40,390 bases of DNA. Origin: Methanothrix sp. GTDB lineage: Archaea > Halobacteriota > Methanosarcinia > Methanotrichales > Methanotrichaceae. Below, piece after piece: positions 18,175-26,916 of the stretch (the first letter of the stretch is position 1; each line of letters starts with the position of its first letter). The stretch is taken from NCBI GenBank assembly GCA_040770465.1, contig JAXGJB010000022.1:1-40390 (forward strand). The letters run 5' to 3'. The notes beneath the pieces were generated by a model. It was not told the DNA's origin, made no database searches, and saw only the letters and a program-made list of their open reading frames with translations. Both the position numbers and the translations under genes were made by a program.

Positions 18175-19314
18175 ATGGCTTTTACGATGGAGGTGCCCGA
18201 TGAGGCGGCGATCAAAAAAGAGGTACAGGAACAGGTCGAGCCAGAGCCTGCGGAATTAGGGCAGCTTCAGGATCTGGCGGAGAGCAACGTTTCTGAGATT
18301 CTGACCCTGGATGTCGATGAGTTCGCCAAAAAGAGGTCCATCCTCCAGTCGATCGAGTCCTTTGGGGCCGACTCTATGAAGAGCTCGGCCGTCAAAAACT
18401 CTCTATTGCAGGTGACCGTCGGAAACCTCTCCAGAGACGGCGATGAAGGCGGCGTTGTCGCAAAGGGCTTGATGGATCTGAACCGGGAGCTGAAAGATCT
18501 GGACCCAAGCCTGATCGACTTCACCAAGACTGGCATCCTCGGCAAGGTCTTCGATCCGGTCAGGGCCTATTTTGCCCGATACCAGAAGGCAGATTCGGCG
18601 ATTGCGGATATCATCGTCTCTTTAGACAGAGGGAAGACGATCCTGAAAAACGACAACACCACTCTCGAGATCGAACAGCAGGCACTGCGCAATCTTACCA
18701 AGAAGCTGATGAAAGAGATCCAGCTCGGAATCCAGATGGACAGATCGATCGAGATGCAGATAGAAGCGGCAAAAGCCAGGAACGAAGACCCGGAGAAGGT
18801 CAGGTTTGTCGCTGAAGAGATCCTCTTTCCGCTCCGGCAGCGGGTCATGGATATGGAGCAGATGGTCGTCGTCAATCAGCAGGGAGCGATGGCGATGGAG
18901 GTTGTGATCAGGAATAACCGGGAGCTGATGCGAGGGGTAGATAGAGCCCAAACCGTGACCATCTCGGCTCTGCGAACCTCAGTGACGGTTGCCGGCGCTC
19001 TCTACCACCAGAAGATCGCCATGAAGAAGATTGAGATGCTCAATGAGACCACAAATGATATCATCATCAGCACCTCGAAGATGCTGAAGGATCAGGGCGC
19101 AGAGATCCAGAGACGATCGATGGAAACAAATATCTCCGTCGAGACGATGAAGACCGCCTTTGCCGATGTCATGGAGGCGCTGGACTCCATCAGCACATAT
19201 AAAGAGGAAGCTCTGCCCAAGATGCGGGATACCGTCAACCAGTTCAGGGAACTGGCAGCCAAAGGCGAAGAACAGATAGAGCAGCTTGAGAAGGGCCATA
19301 AACTGGCACTGTAA
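18175..19314 (+). CDS. telA: Toxic anion resistance protein (TelA/YaaN/KlaA family)
   Basis: All-helical 379 aa; FG..., L..L...LKDLDP, YFARYQ, I..I...L..GK..L..DN, LRQRVMD and NN.EL..GVDRA..VTI.AL pattern. Confidence 0.88.
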   Translation: MAFTMEVPDEAAIKKEVQEQVEPEPAELGQLQDLAESNVSEILTLDVDEFAKKRSILQSIESFGADSMKSSAVKNSLLQVTVGNLSRDGDEGGVVAKGLMDLNRELKDLDPSLIDFTKTGILGKVFDPVRAYFARYQKADSAIADIIVSLDRGKTILKNDNTTLEIEQQALRNLTKKLMKEIQLGIQMDRSIEMQIEAAKARNEDPEKVRFVAEEILFPLRQRVMDMEQMVVVNQQGAMAMEVVIRNNRELMRGVDRAQTVTISALRTSVTVAGALYHQKIAMKKIEMLNETTNDIIISTSKMLKDQGAEIQRRSMETNISVETMKTAFADVMEALDSISTYKEEALPKMRDTVNQFRELAAKGEEQIEQLEKGHKLAL

Positions 19315-19461
19315 GGAGGTCGCCAAAGGAAGTAGCCGATTTTGGCGTTTATAATAATATAAAAAGACGATCAGGACCCTGGGAAGATCCAGGATCCTTA
19401 GATCGCCTCAAGATGCCAGCACATAATGGCAAATTCGACTGAACCGTCCACTGTTTCGCTT

Positions 19462-22032
19462 CTAACCTTCGACCTCCAATACGACCTTCTCCAGGGTCCC
19501 GTTGAACTCGAACGGGCTCTCGTAGCTCTCGGCGACCGGGGTCTGGGGGTCCTTCCCCACCTCAAGCCCCTCCTCGAAGGAGTATCTGGACGGCTGTGTC
19601 ACCACCTCGGCGCTGCCCTCCTCCTGGCCGTCGATGTAAAGTGTTGAGACGCCCCCGTGGCTTGCAGTCAGATCGAAGTCCATCGTCAGGACGGAGGGAC
19701 CGGCCGGGACCTCAGAGGTCGACGTCACTGTATAATGTCTTATGCCCACGAAGTTGTATTCGTAGACGAGATGACCGTCCATGACGAAAAGCGATAGACC
19801 GCCGAAACGCCCGCCTATGGAGAAGAGGACCCCCTCGGCGCCAGCTTCAGGAACGTCCACATAGGCCGTGATCGTATAGGAGTGGTTCAGCGTGTCGGGC
19901 AGCTCCGGCTCGACGATCTTCTCAGTGCCCGGATAGTAGGCGAAGACGCCGGTGATGGGGGTCGGCTGGAACCTGACCTTCTGGCGATCGTCCAGGGGGA
20001 GGACGTTGTACTTGCCGGCCTCGCTGAACCAGAGGTCTATCATCTCCCGGAGCATCAGAGGATATTCGGAGGCCAGGTCGTGGACCTCGGAGAAGTCTTC
20101 GTCGGTGTTGTAAAGCTCCCAGGTGTCGTTGATGAAGTCGCCGCCGGATTCTGGCGGATGGTAAGCCGTGGCCTTCCAGCCGTTGTACCAGAGGGCTCTG
20201 TTGCCGACCATCTCATAGTACTGGATGTACTTGCCCGTATCTGCCTCGGGGTCGGTGAGGCTCGCAGCAAAGCTGACCCCTTCGATCGGCTTCTGGGAAT
20301 ATCCGTTGTAGACCTCGGGCGCCGAGAGCCCCAGGATCTCCAGGACCGTGGGAACTATGTCGACGGCATGGGTGTATTGCTCCCTTAATCCTCCCCCATC
20401 CTCTATCAGCGCCGGGTAGTAGACGATCATGGGGTCGTGGATCCCGCCCTCGTGGGTGTTCTGCTTGTACCTTTTGAAGGGCGTGTTCCCGGCCATGGCC
20501 CATCCTTCGGCGTAGTGGTTCCAGGTCGTTGTTCCGCCGAGCTCGTCGATATGAGCGAGGATTGATGCCAGGTTCTCGTTGATGCGGTTAAAGTAGAGGT
20601 AGTTGTTCGAGGTACCGTTAAATCCGCCCTCCCGGCTGGCTCCGTTATCCGATACGAGTATGATCATCGTGCCGTTCAGCTGGCCCGCCTCTTCGAGGTG
20701 GTCCAAAAACCGCCCGATCTGGGCGTCTGTATGGGTCAAAAACCCGGCGTAGACCTCCTGCTCCCTCGCAAAGACCATCTGCTGGTCTTCGTTCAGCTCC
20801 TCCCAGGCGGGGATATCGGGGTTTCTCGGGGGAAGCTCTGTATCTTCGGGCACGATTCCACTCGCTTTCTGCCGCGCAAGGGTCTCGTTTCGGACGGCAT
20901 CCCAGCCCTCATCGAACCTTCCCTTGTACATGTCTATGTACTCCTGGGGAGCGTGATGGGGAGCGTGGCAGGCTCCGAAGGAGAGGTACATGAAGTAGGG
21001 ATGGTCCGGCTCCGCAGCCTGCTGACTATTTATAAATCCTATGGCGTGGTCGACCAGGTCCTCGGAGATGTGGTACCCCTCTTCAGGAGATTTTGGCGGG
21101 TCGACCCTGGTGGTTCCACTGACCAGATCTGGGTACCACTGGTTTGTCTCGGATCCGATGAACCCGTAGTACTTTTCAAAGCCCCTGCCTGTTGGCCAGT
21201 TATCGAAAGGCCCACCTGCATTAAAGTGCTCTGAGAGGTGCCATTTGCCGACGGCGAAGGTGTTGAAGCCGTTTGAAACGAGGATCTCAGGCAACGTGGC
21301 CGCGTTCTTCGAGAGGGTCATGCTGTAGCCGGGGTAGCCGGCGGGCAGCTCCATGACGGCCCCTATTCCGACGGAATGGTGGTTTCTGCCGGTCAGGAGG
21401 CAGGCCCTCGTCGGAGAGCACATGGCCGTCGTATGGAAGTTGTTGTAGCGAAGACCCCCAGCCGCCAGCCGATCGATGTTGGGGGTCTCAATCGGCCCTC
21501 CGAAGCACCCTATCTGGCCGAAGCCGACGTCGTCCAGGACGATGAAGACGACGTTGGGAGTTCCCTTTGGAGGCTGCACCGCCACCTCAGGGCAGGGCGT
21601 CGAGTCCTTGTAAGAGATGCCGATGACCGGCTCGCAGCCAGAGGTCGAGCTGTAGGCGGATTCCTCGACGGCGAGATCTCCGCTGGTGGTCTCGGAAGCC
21701 TCGGTGCCCTCATCCTGGCCATCCTCACCGACCTGGACTCCAGCTCCGGCCGCCATGACCACGAGGCGGGGCTCTCCTCGGGGCAGAACGACGTCCTCTT
21801 CGGCCACCGATTCCAGATCCGCGTTCCTGGCCAGAACCTTTCTTCTATTCGTCAATTGTTCATTGCCGGATCTGCTCAGGGCGTCATCTCCCTGGTCATC
21901 GATTTCGTCGGACAATAACGGCATGTTAGTCTCAAAGCTATCTTCTCCCTCTTCTGGCACCGCAAGTGTCGTCACAGAGAGGAGCAATATGAAAACAACG
22001 GTCAGGATAGCGGCAAAATCCCTTCTCAGCGT
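19462..22032 (-). CDS. Large AtsA-like Cys-type arylsulfatase with signal peptide and C-terminal beta-sandwich domain; start codon apparently ACG
   Basis: PNVVFIVLDDVG, MCSPTRACLLTGRNHH, GKWHL, HAPHH, SDNGAS and HEGG. The frame stays open upstream of the TTG at 21987 up to an ACG at 22032 that lies 7 nt after GGAGG. Confidence 0.93.
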   Translation of the reverse strand, partial: TLRRDFAAILTVVFILLLSVTTLAVPEEGEDSFETNMPLLSDEIDDQGDDALSRSGNEQLTNRRKVLARNADLESVAEEDVVLPRGEPRLVVMAAGAGVQVGEDGQDEGTEASETTSGDLAVEESAYSSTSGCEPVIGISYKDSTPCPEVAVQPPKGTPNVVFIVLDDVGFGQIGCFGGPIETPNIDRLAAGGLRYNNFHTTAMCSPTRACLLTGRNHHSVGIGAVMELPAGYPGYSMTLSKNAATLPEILVSNGFNTFAVGKWHLSEHFNAGGPFDNWPTGRGFEKYYGFIGSETNQWYPDLVSGTTRVDPPKSPEEGYHISEDLVDHAIGFINSQQAAEPDHPYFMYLSFGACHAPHHAPQEYIDMYKGRFDEGWDAVRNETLARQKASGIVPEDTELPPRNPDIPAWEELNEDQQMVFAREQEVYAGFLTHTDAQIGRFLDHLEEAGQLNGTMIILVSDNGASREGGFNGTSNNYLYFNRINENLASILAHIDELGGTTTWNHYAEGWAMAGNTPFKRYKQNTHEGGIHDPMIVYYPALIEDGGGLREQYTHAVDIVPTVLEILGLSAPEVYNGYSQKPIEGVSFAASLTDPEADTGKYIQYYEMVGNRALWYNGWKATAYHPPESGGDFINDTWELYNTDEDFSEVHDLASEYPLMLREMIDLWFSEAGKYNVLPLDDRQKVRFQPTPITGVFAYYPGTEKIVEPELPDTLNHSYTITAYVDVPEAGAEGVLFSIGGRFGGLSLFVMDGHLVYEYNFVGIRHYTVTSTSEVPAGPSVLTMDFDLTASHGGVSTLYIDGQEEGSAEVVTQPSRYSFEEGLEVGKDPQTPVAESYESPFEFNGTLEKVVLEVEG

Positions 22033-22206
22033 ATTGAATCCTCCGAGCTTATGTTGTAATCGTGTATAAATAAACCTTTGTATCGAAAGGAAATTTTTAG
22101 ATAGTTTTCGGACGCTGATGATCGATAGAATGAGTCTGGTGAGGGAATGGCTCTATGAGTCCGCTCATCCTCGCTTCGGCTTACATACGCCCAGCATGCC
22201 GAATGC

Positions 22207-22312
22207 GTCTAAACGCCGATGCTGGAGCTGCTATGCTGTCTTCACGCCGATTCTGGAGCCGGTGAGACGTCTTTCACCTATATTCTGAATCAGCACAAAG
22301 TTTTTATTCATA
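22207..22312. promoter_or_regulatory. 31-bp-phased direct repeats and a BRE/TATA candidate in the divergent intergenic region
   Basis: GTCTAAACGCCGATGCTGGAGC (22207) and GTCTTCACGCCGATTCTGGAGC (22238) match at 19/22; a weaker third copy starts at 22269; AAAGTTTTTATT follows at about 22297. Confidence 0.45.
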
Positions 22313-22471
22313 AGATACGTATTAGATTCTATTATCGCCTTATAAATTGCTCTTAACTTCAACAGGATGTAGGGGATCACAATAATTACTTGACAAGCTG
22401 AAATCAGCTTTCTATGCCGTTCCAGGGAGAGCTATTTGATAAGGCGTAGCGTGACGAACAGGAGAAGAAAC

Positions 22472-24223
22472 ATGAAAATTGGAAAATATTCCCAGGCGAT
22501 AATCTTTTTGTGCTTTTTATGGTTATCGTCCGCATCGGCCTTTGAGCCCGAGTCGGTGGCCGCCAACCCCGATCTCGTCGCCCTCAACGCGGGATGGGTG
22601 CCTCCCACCATCTACAACGTGACGGACGGGGTTTACGTGGCGGTGGGCTACGGTCGCGCAAACCCGGTTCTGATAGAGGGGACCGATGGCCTGATCGTGG
22701 TCGATCCCGGTGAGAGCACAACCTCCGCAGAGATGGTAAAGGCGGCCTACAACGAGCATCTCGACGACATATTCTCACGAAAGCCCGTCAAGGCCATCAT
22801 CTACACCCACTACCACGACTGCCACATGGAGGGGACCAGCGTATTTGCGGGGAACGACTCGCCCGAGATCATAGCTCACGAGACCTTTGAGAAGAATCTC
22901 TTTGGCCCGGCTGCTTTAGCTAGCCAGATCTTTCCGATCAAGGTATACCGGGCCGTGAAGTACGCGGGTATTCCGTACCAGAAAGATCCGGGCTACTTCG
23001 TAAACGGAGGGATCTTCCCCTTCTCGATCCCAGGCCCGTCTGGCTACCTGCCGCCCACCATGACCGTCGGCGACGAGCTGGAGACGAACATTGCCGGCAT
23101 AAACCTCACCCTGGTCCATGCGCCCGGGGAGACCACCGACATAATCTACGTATGGCTGCCCGACGATAAGGTGATAGTTCAGATCGGCAACTTCTACAGG
23201 TCGTTCCCGGCCATCAATACGCTTCGAGGCGCCTCTCACCGAGATCCTTTGAACTACATCGCCAGCATAGACGACATGAGGAAGCTCAACGCCGAATACC
23301 TGGTCCTGATCCACAGCGGCGGAGGGCCGATCGTCGGGGCTGAGAACGTCAGCCGCACCCTCACCAACGCCCGCGACGCTCTCCAGTACGTCCACGACCA
23401 GACCGTCCGCCTCATGAACCAGGGGCTCACCCCCGGTGAGATAATGGAGGAGATCCAGCTGCCGCCCCACCTCGCCAACGATCCTAATCTGAAGGAATAC
23501 TTCGGGGAGGTGGACCGGGACATATTCCAGATATTCCAGCAGTATATGGGATGGTTCACCGGCAAGAGCAGAGACATCTTCCCGACATCTCCTTCCGAAG
23601 AGGCGGAGAAGATGGCTTACCTCGCCGGCGGCATCGATGAGCTTGAGGTCAAAGCAAAGGCGGCTCTGGATGGGGGCAACATGAAATGGGCTCTGACCTT
23701 CTCAGACTACGTCCTCCTCCTCGATCCGGAGAACACTGAAGCTCGGGAGGTCAAGAACTCGGCGCTGCTCTCTCTCGCTGAAGAGTCCTCCAACGCTCAG
23801 GTGAGAAACTACCTCCTCTCCGAGTACCTCGAAGAGACGGGCCAGATAGAGATCCCGATAGAGAAAGGCTTCAGCCTATTGGACGATAATATCGTCTTCT
23901 ACATGCCCATGGAGACCGTATTCAGATGCATGGCCGTGAGCCTCAACGCCTCCAAGGCCCTGGATGAGGAGTACGCCGTCTCCCTCGAACTCTCGGATGA
24001 TCCAGTATCTGGCGACTATGCCATATATGTCCGGAGGGGGATTGTGGAGGTAGAGGAGGAGATCGCCAGCGATCCGAAGTTCACCATCGTCACCGACACG
24101 CTGACCTGGAAGAACCTGGTCATGGGCAAGCTCAACCCTGAGGAGGCCGTCTCCGGCGGGAGGGTCGAGATAAGCGGTGCCGATCCTGAGGAGTTCTACG
24201 GGTTCATGGACCTCTTCAAATGA
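22472..24223 (+). CDS. Secreted alkyl-sulfatase-like protein (SdsA1/BDS1 type: MBL fold, dimerisation domain, SCP2-like domain)
   Basis: Signal peptide from ATG 22472; VTDGVY, IEGTDGLIVVD, PVKAIIYTHYHDCH, APGET, TLRG, RDALQYVHDQTVRLMNQG, YMGWF and RNYLLS. Confidence 0.9.
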   Translation: MKIGKYSQAIIFLCFLWLSSASAFEPESVAANPDLVALNAGWVPPTIYNVTDGVYVAVGYGRANPVLIEGTDGLIVVDPGESTTSAEMVKAAYNEHLDDIFSRKPVKAIIYTHYHDCHMEGTSVFAGNDSPEIIAHETFEKNLFGPAALASQIFPIKVYRAVKYAGIPYQKDPGYFVNGGIFPFSIPGPSGYLPPTMTVGDELETNIAGINLTLVHAPGETTDIIYVWLPDDKVIVQIGNFYRSFPAINTLRGASHRDPLNYIASIDDMRKLNAEYLVLIHSGGGPIVGAENVSRTLTNARDALQYVHDQTVRLMNQGLTPGEIMEEIQLPPHLANDPNLKEYFGEVDRDIFQIFQQYMGWFTGKSRDIFPTSPSEEAEKMAYLAGGIDELEVKAKAALDGGNMKWALTFSDYVLLLDPENTEAREVKNSALLSLAEESSNAQVRNYLLSEYLEETGQIEIPIEKGFSLLDDNIVFYMPMETVFRCMAVSLNASKALDEEYAVSLELSDDPVSGDYAIYVRRGIVEVEEEIASDPKFTIVTDTLTWKNLVMGKLNPEEAVSGGRVEISGADPEEFYGFMDLFK

Positions 24224-24652
24224 ACGGCGGGTGGGGGCGTTTTTCAACGCCACCATCCAATATTTTTCCGCCTTCCCGAGTTCGTTTATCGTCGACTGCC
24301 CAAAAGCTTCGGCCTCGAAGCTATCTTCTGCATGGGTATTGTACTCGCAGTCGAAATCGCCGACGCGAAGCTCCTGCCGCCGGAATATGAGGTTGTCTTC
24401 GAGATACTCCATCGCCCGAGCGGTCCAACGGAGATTCGGCTTGCCACAAAGAGAACGGTATACAGGTCCCCGAGGACTGGAATGGGATCGATGATCACCA
24501 TACCTCCTCAAACGGTATCGGCCGATGAGAATTAGTCCTCTCAATATTTGAGAATGAGCGCAACATATTTAGCATCGTAAGCTTCAATAGCAGGATATCG
24601 GACCGCTCCTTGAAGATGGAGGGTCGAGCGTTCACCGAGGGGAGAGAAGACC

Positions 24653-26833
24653 ATGAGGATCTGCTCTATTCTGATTTTGATCTTGACGGCTGCGACGTCG
24701 TCGCTGACGGCACCGGCGGTTGCGGACGGCATCATCATCGTCGATCCGCCCCCGGACGTTCCGATGGTGAAGCTGGACGAGGCTCTTGCCATAAAGTATC
24801 ATCATGTCAACGTCTCTATCGAAGATCAGGTGGCCACCACCAGGGTCGACCAGGTCTTCGTCAACGATAACCCCTGGACCGCCGAAGGGACCTACGTATT
24901 TCCCCTGCCCGAGGGGGCGGCCGTCTCCGACTTCGTCCTCTGGGCCGACGGCGAGCCCGTCAGAGGCGAGATCCTGGAGGCCGACGAGGCCCGGGAGATT
25001 TACGGCGAGATCGTGAGGAGGTTGGGCGACCCCGCCCTCCTGGAGTACGTGGACAGAAGGGCCCTGAAGGCCAGCGTCTTTCCCATCCCTCCAGGTGAGG
25101 AGAGGAGGATAGAGATCGAGTACAGCCAGCTCCTCCCCCTGGAGAACGGCCTCGTCCACTACGTCTACCCCCTCAGCACCGAGAGGTACTCGTCGAGGCC
25201 TCTTGAAGAGGTGGTGATGACCGTCGCCGTCGGGTCGGCGGTCCCCATCAAGGCGGTCTACTCTCCCAGCCACCAGGTCTTCGTCGAAAGGGAGGACGAC
25301 TTTTCAGCCCTCCTCGGCTTCGAGGAGCGAGAAGCTCTGCCGGACCGGGACTTCGAGCTCTACTACTCGGTGAGCCCCGAGGATGTGGGGCTCTCCCTCC
25401 TCAGCTACAAGGAGCCCGGAGAGGACGGCTTCTTCTTGCTTCTCGCGGCACCCAAAGTGGAGGTGGAGGCCAAGGACTTGGTCGCCAAAGACCTGATCCT
25501 GGTCTTGGACGTCTCGGGGAGCATGGAAGGTGAAAAGATCGATCAGGCGAAGGACGCCGCCATCCACGTCCTCGATAACCTGAACCCCGAAGACAGGTTC
25601 AACGTCGTCGCCTTCTGCACTGGCATACGGGCGTTCAGCCCCAACCTTGAGCCCGCCTCAAGCCGGGAAGCGGGCAAAGCCTTCATCGAAGGGCTCGAAG
25701 CTCTTGGAGGAACCGACATAAACCGGGCCCTTATGGAGGCGGTGGGGATGGCGGACCAGGAGAGGCCAACGACGGTGATCTTCCTGACCGACGGCCTGGC
25801 CACGGTGGGGGTTGAAGATACGGCCACGATCCTCGAGAACGTCGATGAGGCGGCTCCCGAAAACGTCAGGATATTCAGCTTTGGGGTGGGAGACGACGTC
25901 GACACCGACCTTCTCGACCAGCTCTCCATCGACCACGGCGGGGCCAGCACCTACGTCCGGCCAGGCCAGAGGATCAACGAGACCGTCTCCGCCCTCTACG
26001 CCAAGATCAAAAATCCGGTCTTATCGAACTTGACGATCGATTTCGGCGATGTCGTGACGGACCGGATCCGCCCGGAGAGGGTCCCCGACCTTTTTGTCGG
26101 ATCACAGCTCGTGCTGGTGGGGAGGTACCGAGCCGGAGGCGAGACGAACATCACCCTGTCGGGTACGGTGAACGACAAGACGGTCTCTTTGGTATACCCC
26201 GAAATCAACTTCACCGAAGACGGCGGGGCGGAGTTCATCCCGCGGCTATGGGCGACAAGGGCCATCGGCAGCTTTCTCACCGAGATCCGGCTCCACGGAG
26301 AGGACCCGGAGCTGGTGGACGCCATCGTCGCCCTGTCCATCCGATACGGGATCATAACCCCTTACACCTCCTTTTTGGTGGAGGAGGACGTTTTCTCGGA
26401 GGGGGGTAGAGAGGCGATATCCCGAAACGTCCGAGAGGAGATGGTAGCAGAATTGGCCGCTCCCTCTTACGGATCGACGGCGGTCGATAAGGCGGCCTAT
26501 CAGGGAGCGATGGCGGAGGCGGAGGTGGCTCCGACAGGCGGCACCATATCCTTCAAGCCCTCGATGGCGGGCGCAGAAGGCGGCGTCTCCGGGTCCGTGA
26601 ACGCCAGCGAGGTCGTAAAGCAGATCGGCAGCAAGACCTTCATTCTGAGGAACGGGACCTGGACCGACACCACCTTCGACGGAGCCGGAATGGAGACGGT
26701 GTTTGTGGAGTTTCTCTCCGACGACTACTTCGAATTGATCTCCGAGAATCCCGACCTCGGCGACTACTTCGCCCTCGGCGAGAGGGTGATCGTCGTCTGC
26801 GAGGGGACTGCCTACGAGATCGGTGAAGCTTGA
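24653..26833 (+). CDS. Secreted VIT + VWA domain protein (inter-alpha-trypsin inhibitor-like)
   Basis: Signal peptide; VIT pattern VATTRVDQVFVN..EGTYVFPLPEGAAVSDF; MIDAS LDVSGSM, GGTDI and FLTDG; RLWA and TPYTSFLV. Confidence 0.92.
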   Translation: MRICSILILILTAATSSLTAPAVADGIIIVDPPPDVPMVKLDEALAIKYHHVNVSIEDQVATTRVDQVFVNDNPWTAEGTYVFPLPEGAAVSDFVLWADGEPVRGEILEADEAREIYGEIVRRLGDPALLEYVDRRALKASVFPIPPGEERRIEIEYSQLLPLENGLVHYVYPLSTERYSSRPLEEVVMTVAVGSAVPIKAVYSPSHQVFVEREDDFSALLGFEEREALPDRDFELYYSVSPEDVGLSLLSYKEPGEDGFFLLLAAPKVEVEAKDLVAKDLILVLDVSGSMEGEKIDQAKDAAIHVLDNLNPEDRFNVVAFCTGIRAFSPNLEPASSREAGKAFIEGLEALGGTDINRALMEAVGMADQERPTTVIFLTDGLATVGVEDTATILENVDEAAPENVRIFSFGVGDDVDTDLLDQLSIDHGGASTYVRPGQRINETVSALYAKIKNPVLSNLTIDFGDVVTDRIRPERVPDLFVGSQLVLVGRYRAGGETNITLSGTVNDKTVSLVYPEINFTEDGGAEFIPRLWATRAIGSFLTEIRLHGEDPELVDAIVALSIRYGIITPYTSFLVEEDVFSEGGREAISRNVREEMVAELAAPSYGSTAVDKAAYQGAMAEAEVAPTGGTISFKPSMAGAEGGVSGSVNASEVVKQIGSKTFILRNGTWTDTTFDGAGMETVFVEFLSDDYFELISENPDLGDYFALGERVIVVCEGTAYEIGEA

Positions 26834-26916
26834 AATCGAGAGGGCGAGGGCGAGGGTTATGGTGACACTTCCGCCGCCCGCCCAAACCTCTTCAAATTCG
26901 ATAAAGGGATGATGAT

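Noticed and set aside
24224-24544. Minus-strand ORF pieces behind a strong GAGGAGGT RBS (ATG 24501)
   Set aside because: This could be a frameshifted remnant, but I cannot recognise a family and the longer frame runs antisense into the alkyl-sulfatase gene.
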